Shown here in pieces: positions 31,046-41,903 of a DNA stretch of 64,000 bases. The stretch lies in NCBI GenBank assembly GCA_043803405.1, contig JAZDKB010000023.1:1-64000 (forward strand), in the 5' to 3' direction. Under the pieces are notes generated by a model that ran no database searches, was not told where the DNA came from, and saw only the letters and a program-made list of their open reading frames with translations. A program made the position numbers and the translations under genes. The DNA comes from Spirochaetota bacterium (GTDB lineage Bacteria; Spirochaetota; UBA4802; JAFGDQ01). Every line of letters starts with the position of its first letter. The stretch's first letter is position 1.

Positions 31046-32760
31046 TGAATAAACATCATAAAAATACCGGATATCCGGTAATATATAAATATATTGCTTT
31101 ATGTATAATTATTGCTTCCGTCGCTTACGCTGTTCATTATTTTAATTACATGGCGACACCTACTGAAGATTTTATATCCAATTTTCGCCAGAAAGTCCTG
31201 GATATTCACGCGGGTAAATATCCGGGCGCAAGTTATAATATTATGCCTGTGTTTCCCATTGTCCTCGCATTTTTAACGAAGATAAATCCGTTTCATTTTA
31301 CGCACGACTCAATCTACGATACCGCAATTCTCCTTAATATTCTGCTTTTTATACCGTATATGTTTCTTGTATACGATATATTCCGGAGATTCCTTGAACC
31401 CCGGTTAAGCCTTGCGGCATTGCTTTTGCTTTCTGTCAATATAAATACTGCATACACCGCGGTAAATGCCGAGCTTGAAATGCTTATGACGCTTTTAATA
31501 GTATTTGCGATATGGCTGTCAGTCAGGGATTCGAAGTTTGCATACATCCCGGCATTTTTTGCGTCAGGAATAAAATATGATTCAGTGTTTATTATTCCGG
31601 CTGTCATGTTCCGTGATTTTTTTTTAAAGCGGCAAAGGATAATAACGCTTGTGCTGGGGGCTTTGTCTTCTGCAGGGGTTTGCCTCTGGCTGTTTCTTTC
31701 CGTAAAATACGGCAATTCATACGTTTCCGAAATTGCCAGCCGCGGCCCGAATATTTACATGTTCCCGATAGACTGCATTCTGACCGCTGCCGGTTTTGTG
31801 CCATGGACGGCAATGCATGGGTACGAATCTTCCGAACATTATTTTAAGATACCGCTTTATGCGGTTTCAGCGATATTCACATTGTTTGTGCTTGTCATCC
31901 TGGTCAGAGGCGTCATATTTTTATTCAGGCAGAAACGGAAAGAAGCTGTTTCCATACTGGTGTTCTTTTCCGGATTTGTTCTGATTCACATGATATACCA
32001 GAATACGAAAACAAGGTACGTGCTGCCCATACTTTGCTTTATGTACCTGTTCATGTTTTACGGCCTTCCGGGTGTGTCGTCTTTGCTGCGCCGGCTGCCG
32101 GTAGTGAAAATATCCGCTGAAACTTCGCGGATGATTACGCGGATATTTGCTTTCATTGCCGGAGCCGCATTTATCGCAGGTACGGTCGTAATACTCTTTA
32201 ATTTACCGGCCACGCTTGTTATTTTTAGTTTTGTATTTACTGCGCTTCTTAGCATAATAATATTCGCTGACGGGAATAAGGAAAGGAAACGTAATAAAAT
32301 AATGCTCGCTCTTTGCGGCTGTGTAATAATTAATCTGTCGCTTTTTTACGGCGTCAGGACAATGGATCATTACAGTTACAGGCGCGTGGAGTTTAAAGAG
32401 GCTGCCTTATGGTATTCTGCTCATTCCGCTAACAGCGACCGCATGCTCATAAGCATCACAGATATGCCGATGTATTACACTGGCCTTCCGGCAAAGAGGT
32501 TTATCGGCGCAACGCAATTGAGAAGCACAACACTTGACGATCTTATCAAGGAACTTCACGATGAAAAAGTGACCCATGTATTTGTTGATGATTTTTACAT
32601 ACGTCGTTACAGGATAAAAGATCCGAATTCCATTGAGAAAAAAGCATGGCTTTTTAAGGATATAAGGGATAAAGGCGAGGCAACGAAGCGCTTTAAGCAG
32701 GTTGCGGCATTCGAGCCCAGGGCCGGAATTAAAAGCTATATGTACAGATTCATTCCGTGA
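31045..32760 (+). CDS. GT-C-like multi-TM glycosyltransferase
   Basis: MPVFP loop, >10 TM helices, RYVLP. Confidence 0.65.
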   Translation: MNKHHKNTGYPVIYKYIALCIIIASVAYAVHYFNYMATPTEDFISNFRQKVLDIHAGKYPGASYNIMPVFPIVLAFLTKINPFHFTHDSIYDTAILLNILLFIPYMFLVYDIFRRFLEPRLSLAALLLLSVNINTAYTAVNAELEMLMTLLIVFAIWLSVRDSKFAYIPAFFASGIKYDSVFIIPAVMFRDFFLKRQRIITLVLGALSSAGVCLWLFLSVKYGNSYVSEIASRGPNIYMFPIDCILTAAGFVPWTAMHGYESSEHYFKIPLYAVSAIFTLFVLVILVRGVIFLFRQKRKEAVSILVFFSGFVLIHMIYQNTKTRYVLPILCFMYLFMFYGLPGVSSLLRRLPVVKISAETSRMITRIFAFIAGAAFIAGTVVILFNLPATLVIFSFVFTALLSIIIFADGNKERKRNKIMLALCGCVIINLSLFYGVRTMDHYSYRRVEFKEAALWYSAHSANSDRMLISITDMPMYYTGLPAKRFIGATQLRSTTLDDLIKELHDEKVTHVFVDDFYIRRYRIKDPNSIEKKAWLFKDIRDKGEATKRFKQVAAFEPRAGIKSYMYRFIP

Positions 32761-32897
32761 GCAGGTTTCCGTCTCCGGAAACTGCGTTAGAACCTTTATT
32801 GTTATATAATGTATTTCATCAGGAAATTGTGAGACTAAAGTTCATTGGTTTTGGGATGCCCTCTTAATATATATTAAAAAAAATTATGAGTTAAGGT

Positions 32898-33944
32898 ATG
32901 GAAAAAAGGAATAAATCAGGCAATCCTGAAGCTGTCAAAACCCGGAAAAAAAGCGAAATTCTGACTATTCGTTCATTTGTTATGCTGGCGTTTTCGATTG
33001 CGCTGGCAGTATTTCTTTTTCATCAGATTAATATAACAGAAACACTGCGCGCATTCAGCAGCGCGGATCTGGTTCCGGTTACAGCTGCCTGCTGCATATA
33101 TTTTATTTCGAACTATTTCAAATCAATACGCTATAACGCGATCCTGAAAAAGTATTCAATCGGAGCTTTCAATATATTCGCGATTACTGCTTATCAGAAT
33201 TTTTTTAATCAGTTGTTACCCGCGCGCGCAGGCGAGTTAACATTGATTTATTACATGAAGAAAATTGCGGGGGCAGATGTTTCCAGCGGGTTCCATGTCC
33301 TTTTAGTGACCAGAATATATGATTTTATAGTTGTAGCCGCTTTTTTTATTATTTCACTGGTAATTTATAGCGGTCACAATATGCCATATTTCCTTATGAT
33401 CGGGACAGGGTTATTTGTCGTCTCCATAATATTTTTATTCAGCATAAAGCGGATCGTCCATATTGCGCAGGCGCTTTATAACCGGGCAATCGTTCGTTTT
33501 GGATTACTAGAAAAACCGGCAGCCATGAAACTAAAAAGCGGACTGGAAAAACTTGATACGGAATTTTCGGATTATGATATAGCACGACAGGCTCCTGTTC
33601 TGGTGCTTACCAGTATTTTTGTATGGATAACGCAGTATCTTCTGGCGTACCTGGTTATTATCTCATTTGGAGTGAATCTAGGTATAGCTCAGTCAGTCGC
33701 AGGTTCAACAGGCCAGGTAATTGCCAATGTGCTGCCTGTGAACAGTTTCGGAAGTTTCGGCACACTTGAAGCCGGCTGGACAGGGGGCTATGTGCTCGCC
33801 GGAATGAGTGCTCAGGACGCGATAACAACCGGCCTGGCATATCATTTCATAACACTGGCTGCGGCCATAATGCTTGCTTTCGTCTGTTATGGAAGCAGAA
33901 AAATCATCGAAAGCAGGCGATCCGCTTTAACGTTTCGTTCATAA
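32898..33944 (+). CDS. UPF0104 flippase-like membrane protein
   Basis: NQLLPARAGE, RIYD, LPVNSFGSFGTLE. Confidence 0.85.
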   Translation: MEKRNKSGNPEAVKTRKKSEILTIRSFVMLAFSIALAVFLFHQINITETLRAFSSADLVPVTAACCIYFISNYFKSIRYNAILKKYSIGAFNIFAITAYQNFFNQLLPARAGELTLIYYMKKIAGADVSSGFHVLLVTRIYDFIVVAAFFIISLVIYSGHNMPYFLMIGTGLFVVSIIFLFSIKRIVHIAQALYNRAIVRFGLLEKPAAMKLKSGLEKLDTEFSDYDIARQAPVLVLTSIFVWITQYLLAYLVIISFGVNLGIAQSVAGSTGQVIANVLPVNSFGSFGTLEAGWTGGYVLAGMSAQDAITTGLAYHFITLAAAIMLAFVCYGSRKIIESRRSALTFRS

Positions 33945-34138
33945 CAAATTCAATTTATTTCCCTTCGGCGCTTATCTTAACAAATAAATTATAATTCATT
34001 AACCGGAATTTATATAATTATAATTATTTATTTATGAAAATATATTTATTATGTCACTTGGATTTCACTCCTGCATCTTATTCGTGTTTTGTGTTTATTA
34101 TTTAAAGAACAAATTTATTTTAAAGGACTATTGTCTCC

Positions 34139-35203
34139 ATGTTGCGGGTAAAATATATATTCAGAGTATTGTTTTCGATCTGCATTTACGGCGGCTTTGC
34201 TTTCAGTGCACTGGCAGATGAAGCTCCGAAAACAGGGACGCTTAAGTTTAAAACGGACGGTACTTTTAAAATAGTTCAGTTTACAGATATCCATAACGAT
34301 AAAAACACGGATCGCAGAACGGCCGCTCTTATTGAATCTGTATGCGATGATCAACAGCCCGATGTCGTAATACTGACCGGCGATAATATTACAGGTAAAA
34401 TAAGCAGCGCAGGCAGCGTGAAAAAAGCTATAAACGGTTTCGCCAGCCTCATTAACTCGCGTAAAATACCGTGGTTTATAGCATTCGGCAATCACGATGA
34501 CGACCACGCGTCCGTTACAGGCATGACTAAGGATGCCCAGCTTGAGTATTATATGTCGTTCAGTCATAACATCAACATAGACATAGAGGATAACATAACG
34601 GGCGCCGGCAATATGTTTATCAATGTATATCATTCGGATGGATATCAGACAATAGTAAAGGACGAGCCAGCGTTTATTTTATGGGCGCTCGATTCCGGGA
34701 CTTATGCTCATAAGGTTATATCCGGCCAGCCGACTGAGGGATTGCCGAAATGGGACTGGATTCGTTATGACCAGATCGAATGGTATGTTAAAAATTCAAA
34801 ATCCATTGAAGCGAAATACGGAAAAGTGCCTGGGTTTATGTTTTTTCATATTCCGATATTTGAATTTTCCCTGATGTGGGATCAAAAGGAAAAGCATGGG
34901 GTCACGGGAGAGAAAAATGAAAATATCAGCTGCGGTCCTTTTAACGGAGGCCTGTTCTCGGCAATTCTTGAACGTGGCGACATTAAAGGCGTATTTTGTG
35001 GGCACGATCATGTTAATAATTACATCGGAAATTATTATGGCGTATACCTGGGGTACGCGGCCAGCGCCGGTTTCGGGCCTTATGGCCTTGGCGGAAGCGG
35101 CAGGAACAGGCTTAGAGGCGCCCGCGTATTCATTTTAAATGAGAACAATCCGGAAAACTTCGAGAGCTATATGGTTTATGCTCATGATTACGGGATCCGG
35201 TAA
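34139..35203 (+). CDS. Secreted metallophosphoesterase (Dcr2-like)
   Basis: FTDIH, TGD, GNHD, FHIP, GHDHVN. Confidence 0.9.
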   Translation: MLRVKYIFRVLFSICIYGGFAFSALADEAPKTGTLKFKTDGTFKIVQFTDIHNDKNTDRRTAALIESVCDDQQPDVVILTGDNITGKISSAGSVKKAINGFASLINSRKIPWFIAFGNHDDDHASVTGMTKDAQLEYYMSFSHNINIDIEDNITGAGNMFINVYHSDGYQTIVKDEPAFILWALDSGTYAHKVISGQPTEGLPKWDWIRYDQIEWYVKNSKSIEAKYGKVPGFMFFHIPIFEFSLMWDQKEKHGVTGEKNENISCGPFNGGLFSAILERGDIKGVFCGHDHVNNYIGNYYGVYLGYAASAGFGPYGLGGSGRNRLRGARVFILNENNPENFESYMVYAHDYGIR

Positions 35204-35236
35204 CAATTAAAATTTTTATACTTATATAAAAAAAAT

Positions 35237-35686
35237 ATGAGACGTATATGCTCCATATTCTTTATAGCCCTATTTTTTGTAATTATAAACTGTAATACAA
35301 ATGCAAATGAATACTTTGTTGCCGAGCTGGAAGAGCTGTGCGCACTAAGACAAAAAAATAATGAAAAAGAAAAAGAATTAAAATATCAATATCACAAATT
35401 TAATCCATCAGCAGATTTTTTTAATGATAATAAATTATTCTGCAGTACTGACATTATTCCGAAAGACTACGAGGTGGAAACTCTTTTTAAATCCGGCAAT
35501 CCGCTTAATCAAAAATTGGCAAAATGGATGCTTCTCTACAGAGATGAGAATGTAAGGTCAGTTATACGGACGTGGTACGTTATTAAATCCGCGTTATCTT
35601 TCAATAAAAACCAATGCTCGATAAGATTCGATTATGAACAGGAATGCCTGCAATTACAGGCCGAGCTTTTACTGGAATTTAAATAA
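35237..35686 (+). CDS. Hypothetical exported/lipoprotein
   Basis: Hydrophobic N-terminus followed by Cys; no recognised motif. Confidence 0.55.
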   Translation: MRRICSIFFIALFFVIINCNTNANEYFVAELEELCALRQKNNEKEKELKYQYHKFNPSADFFNDNKLFCSTDIIPKDYEVETLFKSGNPLNQKLAKWMLLYRDENVRSVIRTWYVIKSALSFNKNQCSIRFDYEQECLQLQAELLLEFK

Positions 35687-35721
35687 GAGAATTATTAAAT
35701 TTACCGGAAATAACTTTTATC

Positions 35722-37059
35722 ATGAGTAATTTATTCAATAGTATAGTTTTACTTTTATTGATTTATTACGGTTGTGATAAAAGTAATTATAATTTATTAA
35801 ACAAGACATTAATAGAAAATGTGAATTCAAATTCACTGTTCAGCATTTCTTCCGAAAGATTTTCCGGCGGAAGAATGGAGAATGAAATAAGCGCTGATAA
35901 ATTGGCACACTACTGGGCGCCTGTTCATTACCAGGCATTTGAAGAAGCGGGAAGCGATTGCGCAAGACCGGATTTTATAACCCGGATCGACAGGGATTTG
36001 CCGGGCCGTTCCGGAGGGCTGTGGGATTTAGCTGAAAACTGGGATAAAGGTTTATCTTATCCATTAAGAGCTTATGTATATTATTCGGTAGTCGTATCGG
36101 AATCACATTTTTTTATAACTTACAGTTTTTATCATCCATGGGATACCGAGGTCCTGGGTTTTAACGAAACAGGATCGGGTATATTTCTCAGGGCAAGAGT
36201 TGACTGGAACAGGAACGATATGGAAGGGGTCTTGTTCGTCGTCAAAAGAAACGGAAGTTACGGCACCCTGGATTGTGTTTTTACGCAGGGGCACGGATAT
36301 TTGCACACATATTTCCCAATGGGTTCTCAGGACTTTTTTTTCGCAAAAGGAGAAGGCTCAAGAAGAAGGCGCCCTTTCCCTTTGCAGTTTATTGATATCG
36401 GTGATGGAATACCAAGAGTTAAAACAAGCCAGGAAGCCGGTGGGCACGGCGCCGGATGCCTGCCGGACTGGGGATCGCCGTCGCCTGGCAGGCCAGACTA
36501 CAACATATATAAGCAAGGCCGGCCGACGGCCGGAACAGGTAAATACATTGTTTATTATCCGGGCAAAAAACCTGCGGAAGAACCGGATATAAAAAGTAAA
36601 CGAATATGCAGATATAATCTGATAGACATATTTGATCCCGAACATGGTCTCTGGAAGCAGCGAGGCAATGTGAAAATTTTTGAAGAACATTCAGCCTCCT
36701 TCATTGGCGATCATTCTTGCGCTCCATGGTCGTGGCGAGGCGATAAGGAAACCGTCAATGAAAGCGATATTCCGGGATTTTTAAAGCATTTCAATAAATT
36801 GTGTAATACATGTACTGGAATGACGCTTATTGAAATTGCAAATAACGGAGCAGGCAGACTAAACCTTGTTTATGCTGAAAAGAATATGGTTGTAAAAGAT
36901 AAACAGCCCTGGACACACCGGCCTGCGGATCTGTGCAGGGTATATATCCGGAATTTAAATCCAGGCATGGAACCGGTTTCTTATTTTTCAAATAAATATT
37001 CAGTAAATAAATACCTTGCAGATGATATAAAAATCTGTATTAGGAAGGATAAAAATTAA
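35722..37059 (+). CDS. Putative lipoprotein with NPP1/Vps62-like core
   Basis: Lipobox-like YGC; WAPVHYQ, VYYSV, FYHPWD, NDMEG, GHG. Confidence 0.45.
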   Translation: MSNLFNSIVLLLLIYYGCDKSNYNLLNKTLIENVNSNSLFSISSERFSGGRMENEISADKLAHYWAPVHYQAFEEAGSDCARPDFITRIDRDLPGRSGGLWDLAENWDKGLSYPLRAYVYYSVVVSESHFFITYSFYHPWDTEVLGFNETGSGIFLRARVDWNRNDMEGVLFVVKRNGSYGTLDCVFTQGHGYLHTYFPMGSQDFFFAKGEGSRRRRPFPLQFIDIGDGIPRVKTSQEAGGHGAGCLPDWGSPSPGRPDYNIYKQGRPTAGTGKYIVYYPGKKPAEEPDIKSKRICRYNLIDIFDPEHGLWKQRGNVKIFEEHSASFIGDHSCAPWSWRGDKETVNESDIPGFLKHFNKLCNTCTGMTLIEIANNGAGRLNLVYAEKNMVVKDKQPWTHRPADLCRVYIRNLNPGMEPVSYFSNKYSVNKYLADDIKICIRKDKN

Positions 37060-38195
37060 TCCGAATTGTTTTCTTTGTCTTTGGTTCGTTTTTGTCTGTA
37101 CAGAATTCCTGCAACAAGTACGGTAAAAGGCGCCACTGTAATTACTCCGAAACTGCCTACAAGAATATTCAGCACCTCTGCCGCGACAAATGGAGCGTTA
37201 AGCAGGTTTTCCGCAGGCAATCCCTTTCCGAGGAAAATCATGAACATTGTTATGTGGCTGCCAGAATAAGCAAGAAGCAGGGTGGTGGTCATTGTACCGG
37301 TAACCGCCCTGCCGACGCGCAAGCCGGATTTCATGTGCTCAACAAAACCGATATCGGGATTCTGTAATTTCAGCTCGTGCATTGTAGCGGCAATATCCAT
37401 GGACAGGTCCATTATGGCTCCCGAGCATGCGATGAACACGCTAGCAATAAAAATATCGGTTAAATTCAGCTCGTAAAAGCCTGAGTAAAGCAGCATCTCG
37501 GCGAACGGCCGCACCGCACCGTGCATGTGGAACATGCTGTTAAACCACGCGGCTAGCCCGCACGTAACAACTACTCCCAGCATGGAACCGATAAATGTTA
37601 TAAGTCCGCGTTTATTAAGCCCGCCTACCGAAAAGCAGATCACAGCCATAAGAATTGCTACAATTCCAAGTCCTGCCGGTATTGGCGAATAACCCTGTAG
37701 CAGCAGGGGAAAGTACAGTTTCCATAAAATCATGGCTGAAAATATGAACGAGAGAGCGGCTTTTAGTCCGGTTACACCGGCCACTGCGAAAAGAAGCAAA
37801 GTAAAAAGACATATAAGTACAAATTGCAGCCTGAGTCGGTAATAACCCCGCGCAATCGCATTATATGGTTTTCCGTCGCGTATATTATATTCAACAAGAA
37901 TGGTACCGCCTTTTTCGTAAAACTCGTCCAGTTCGAGTTTGCCTGTAAGCATATTAACGACCTGAATATATTCTCCTTCGTGCGGACCATTCAGAAGATT
38001 TACCGTAAGGAACTGTGCATTCGTTTTTATTATCAGGTTTATTCTGACACGGCTGTTGTCCACATCCGTAATCAGAGCGCGGCATCGAACGCCGCTCCGG
38101 GCAGGCGGTATTTCCCCCAGATCGATAAATGCGAGCGCAATGCACAGACATATAATTATAAAAGAAAAAAGCCATTCGCGGCGAATATTTATCAT
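37056..38195 (-). CDS. YibE/F-family membrane protein
   Basis: GAIMDLSMDI, GTMTTTLLLAYSG; follows alkaline phosphatase. Confidence 0.88.
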   Translation of the reverse strand: MINIRREWLFSFIIICLCIALAFIDLGEIPPARSGVRCRALITDVDNSRVRINLIIKTNAQFLTVNLLNGPHEGEYIQVVNMLTGKLELDEFYEKGGTILVEYNIRDGKPYNAIARGYYRLRLQFVLICLFTLLLFAVAGVTGLKAALSFIFSAMILWKLYFPLLLQGYSPIPAGLGIVAILMAVICFSVGGLNKRGLITFIGSMLGVVVTCGLAAWFNSMFHMHGAVRPFAEMLLYSGFYELNLTDIFIASVFIACSGAIMDLSMDIAATMHELKLQNPDIGFVEHMKSGLRVGRAVTGTMTTTLLLAYSGSHITMFMIFLGKGLPAENLLNAPFVAAEVLNILVGSFGVITVAPFTVLVAGILYRQKRTKDKENNSD

Positions 38196-38292
38196 TGCAG
38201 ACCCTTGCTGTAGTTAAATGTTTTACTTGTAAAATCAAATGCGGAAAACGAAATAAAGAAGCGCCGGATTTTAATTAGAACCGGATTAACGT

Positions 38293-38327
38293 AAGCCTGC
38301 GCCGATGATAAGGTTCGGCGCAGGCTT
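38293..38327. terminator. Hairpin downstream of phoA
   Basis: AAGCCTGCGCCGA...TCGGCGCAGGCTT, 13-bp stem. Confidence 0.7.
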
Positions 38328-38363
38328 GTTTATATTTCCGATGTCAGTTTGCCTTAAAAATTT

Positions 38364-39893
38364 TTATTTTTCAACAGGCAGTGAGAACCAGATATTCATT
38401 GATTTTGCCAGTTTTTTTGCGATATCCGTATTGTCGTAAAATCCATTAAACAGTTTTGAATCCGTGCCTATTGAATATACAGGCACAGGCACTCCCGTAT
38501 GCGAATACGTTGTCCATCCTATACTGGCCCTTTCGTTCAGAATATGCGTAATTGTCACTATTATCGGTTCATAGGTTCCATACAGAAGCGCGTTCTCCGA
38601 AGAGCTGTTGCTGTTCGATCCGCACATGGATTTATCGTACGCGTCTTCCAGTTTCTTTTTCTGATAATCGTTAAGAGTAGTATAATCAAGGCCGAAAAGG
38701 TCGTTCATAAGAGCGGTCATTTCAGGGTTTGTTGCCAGGTTATCGGATTGAGTGTAATTATAGCCTGAACTGTAATTGTATTTGTGCTCTTTCCACTGGT
38801 TTGCCGCGAAGTACTGGAAACTGCATTTCTGGTTGAGCAGCCGGTCGTAATATGCACTATAAGCAGTAGTGGCGTGTCCAATTGTCATGCCGCCTGTTTC
38901 ATGGTCACCTGTAATAACGATGAGAGTTTCGTGAGGGTGCTTTTTATAAAACTCGAGAGCTGCACCGATCGCGTTATCGAAGTCCAGCATATCGCCAATT
39001 GTAGCCATTGCGTCGTTCGCGTGGCATGCCCAGTCAATTTTCCCGCCTTCAACCATCAGGAAGAAACCCTGCTTGCCTTTGCACCTGGAGTTGTAAAGAG
39101 ACGCGATTGCAACTTCGGTCATTTCCTTTAAAGAAAGATTGGTGTCCGGACGGTCGATCTCGTACGGCATCGCGGCCGAATCCTGTAGCCATGGATTGAT
39201 GCAGACGACCTTGTTCTTCGGACTCTTCTTCAGAGCCATTATGGAAGCGCGGTCGTTTAATACAGTATAACCTTTCTGGTTCAGCAAATTCCAGATGTTA
39301 TTGCTTGTGTCGCCTGTACGGGCAGGTCCCGTGGGAGAAGCAAATCCGCCGCCGCCAAAGAACTCGTAACCAGTTTCGGTCAGTTGTGTGGCTATGTTGT
39401 TCATGTAGCCCCTGTTTGCCACGCTTGCGTAATACGAAGCTGGTGTCGCGTGGTCAAGCGAAACGCTGGTGATTATTCCGACTTTCATGCCTCTTTCGGA
39501 TGCCAGCTCCGCGATACTCTTGTATTTTCTTGTTGCGGTTTCGTCCATGCCGATAACTCCGCTCATGGTTTTAGTGCCGCAGGCGAACGCTGTTCCGGCA
39601 GATGCAGAATCCGTCATCAGCGCGTGCGCATCATAGGTTGTCTGCATTCCCTGAACCGGCAGTTTTGACATGTTAAGACGGTTTTTCTGCTTCAGAAGAT
39701 CGGAAGCTAAAGTTGCCGACCCGCCGTTCATGGTAGTTAAATATGCCTCAGTAGCCTGGATTTGCGCGCTAGCCATACCGTCGCCCAGGAAAAAGAAAAC
39801 ATACTTCGGCACCCCGCCCGCAACAGCCATCCCGGCCGAGAAGACGATTAAAACGCTCACAACGAAAAGCCTGAACAGGATTTTTCGTTTCAT
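38364..39893 (-). CDS. phoA: Alkaline phosphatase
   Basis: GDGM, TDSASAGT, HATPA, EGGKIDWACHAND, GDHETGG, HTG. Confidence 0.95.
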   Translation of the reverse strand: MKRKILFRLFVVSVLIVFSAGMAVAGGVPKYVFFFLGDGMASAQIQATEAYLTTMNGGSATLASDLLKQKNRLNMSKLPVQGMQTTYDAHALMTDSASAGTAFACGTKTMSGVIGMDETATRKYKSIAELASERGMKVGIITSVSLDHATPASYYASVANRGYMNNIATQLTETGYEFFGGGGFASPTGPARTGDTSNNIWNLLNQKGYTVLNDRASIMALKKSPKNKVVCINPWLQDSAAMPYEIDRPDTNLSLKEMTEVAIASLYNSRCKGKQGFFLMVEGGKIDWACHANDAMATIGDMLDFDNAIGAALEFYKKHPHETLIVITGDHETGGMTIGHATTAYSAYYDRLLNQKCSFQYFAANQWKEHKYNYSSGYNYTQSDNLATNPEMTALMNDLFGLDYTTLNDYQKKKLEDAYDKSMCGSNSNSSSENALLYGTYEPIIVTITHILNERASIGWTTYSHTGVPVPVYSIGTDSKLFNGFYDNTDIAKKLAKSMNIWFSLPVEK

Positions 39894-40043
39894 TTTATTT
39901 TACCTCCCTTTAATTTGTGATTATTGTGAGTAATCAAGGCAGGCTGAAATGAAATAATTATAAAAATAATATATTTTTAATGAAAATATTATGACTCATC
40001 TCAAAATTAAGTTTTATATTCGATAAAAAAAGGGAGGTTTAAC

Positions 40044-41681
40044 TCAGAATTTTTTTATCAGCAGCACCTGGTTGCCGGTATCATTGTATTTAATTTCGTT
40101 AAAGATATCTTTTGACATTAAAATGCCTCTTCCATGCTGGCTGTCGTTTGCATTTTCAAGAGATACTTCCTTGTTTAACGCGCTTTTGTGATCAAATCCG
40201 TTTCCCTGATCGGCAATTTTGAATACAGCTTTATCCGGATCAATCTGGTATTCGATTACGACTTTTTTATTCGCGATTACGGGATCGTTTCTCCGGTCTT
40301 CAATTAATTTGCGGTATGTATCGTTTATCAATGCTTCGCTTTTTTCCTCATACGTTATGCCAAGGTTCCCGTGCTCTATTGCGTTTAAAATCATTTCACG
40401 CAGTCCGAGACGTAAAAGCTGTATTTCCTGCGGCTCCATATATTTTTTTAAATGCTTTATCATGTTATAGGTTACATCATCCACCAGGGTTAAATAATTT
40501 TCGATCTCAAATTTTTGCTTTTCCGAAATAAAATATTTTGACAGCGTATCTTCAATAAGGGGAGAGATGATGCCGTGGATTTCGTTTCTTCCTTCTATTT
40601 CAATAAATTCCATTTTTACGTTCATTTCCCTGGGTTCTGATGCAAAGGATGATGTAAACTGTGCAATAAAATTTACTGGCTTCATTTCTCTTAAGAAGTT
40701 TTCGAGTTTTTCTTTTATTAATAAATTGGAAGATGTCCTGCCGTTGGACCCCATGTTCAATAAACTTAAGAAGTTCAGCGATTTGACCTTCTCCTGGCTT
40801 ATTTTTAAATGAGTGCGTATGGCTTTGTTTACAGTGATGAAATTCCAGTCTTCACTTAAGGAAAAAATAATATCATTCGAATTTTCTACTAAAAGCCTGT
40901 ATTTTTTTTCCGAAAGGCTGATCTGTATATTTGCTTCATTAAGCAATTCCTCTGCCTTTATTCTTTCCAGAATTTCCGTTTTTAAATCCGAGTTGGCCTT
41001 TGTTAATTCGCTTGTCCTTTCCTGTATGCGTTTTTCCAGTTCCTTGTGAATCATTAATATTCTTTTTGCAAGGTAAGCTCCCATTAATATTACAGATAAT
41101 GAAATTAAAATTAAAGAGAACAGAACAAGTGTAAAATACCGGTTATTTATGTATTTTATTTTATCTCCGGCCGCGTTTTCTATTTTAATTACCAGTTCAT
41201 CCATTTGCGAAAGGGCTGAATCGTTTTTTCCTTTGGATATCGACAGAACTTCCCGCTTATTTTTAAAATTCGAATCAACCAGCTTTTCAGTAAGAATCAG
41301 ATATTCTAATGTAATTTCTTTATGCCGTGACCGAAATGTGTCTATATCGCCGGGTATGGACTGGAAATCGCTGCATAAAAGTTTAAGATTAAATAAAGCA
41401 TCCTGCACTTTATCCGCAAAAACAGTAAAGGAATGATAATTCTTTTTGTATTCCGGGAAATCTTCACCCTGAAGCACCATAATAGTCCATAAATGAAACT
41501 GGTTTTGAAAATATATTTGCGACTCGCGTGCCAGGTTAACCGCTTCGATGTAATATGAAGTCTGTTTATAGGAATTTTTAAGAGTATAAAGTCCTGAAAG
41601 ACCGCTTACGAGAAGCAGCAGCAGGAATACCGAAATGCCGGTAATTAATAATTTCGTCGTTAGTTTAGTTTTTGTTTCCAT
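40044..41681 (-). CDS. Membrane sensor-PAS-HATPase (RsbW/SpoIIAB-like Ser kinase)
   Basis: Two TM helices, PAS, EMILNAIEHGN, DQGNGF, GRGI; no HisKA H-box. Confidence 0.8.
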   Translation of the reverse strand: METKTKLTTKLLITGISVFLLLLLVSGLSGLYTLKNSYKQTSYYIEAVNLARESQIYFQNQFHLWTIMVLQGEDFPEYKKNYHSFTVFADKVQDALFNLKLLCSDFQSIPGDIDTFRSRHKEITLEYLILTEKLVDSNFKNKREVLSISKGKNDSALSQMDELVIKIENAAGDKIKYINNRYFTLVLFSLILISLSVILMGAYLAKRILMIHKELEKRIQERTSELTKANSDLKTEILERIKAEELLNEANIQISLSEKKYRLLVENSNDIIFSLSEDWNFITVNKAIRTHLKISQEKVKSLNFLSLLNMGSNGRTSSNLLIKEKLENFLREMKPVNFIAQFTSSFASEPREMNVKMEFIEIEGRNEIHGIISPLIEDTLSKYFISEKQKFEIENYLTLVDDVTYNMIKHLKKYMEPQEIQLLRLGLREMILNAIEHGNLGITYEEKSEALINDTYRKLIEDRRNDPVIANKKVVIEYQIDPDKAVFKIADQGNGFDHKSALNKEVSLENANDSQHGRGILMSKDIFNEIKYNDTGNQVLLIKKF

Positions 41682-41789
41682 TCTAGTTCGATGCTAATCG
41701 CTAATTACAAAAAAATTTTACAGGTAATAATATCCATATAAGGTGATATAGAAAGGGGAATGAATTATGAGAGGATATTCTTATAAAAA

Positions 41790-41828
41790 TATGAAGATTT
41801 TTTATTCAAAAAGTTAAAAAGATATGAA
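41790..41828 (-). promoter_or_regulatory. Pho-box-like array
   Basis: Plus-strand TATGAA/TTTATT/AGTTAA/TATGAA at 41790, 41801, 41812 and 41823. Confidence 0.45.
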
Positions 41829-41903
41829 TTTATATTTTTTGGGTGAGTTGCAGTACACCGGCACATTTGTTTTTTTTGTTAATAGTGCCCAAAATTTTCT
41901 GCC

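Noticed and set aside
26159..33944. Classical O-antigen cluster
   Set aside because: No recognisable Wzx/Wzy/Wzz or series of soluble GTs; the architecture fits single-sugar lipid-linked transfer.
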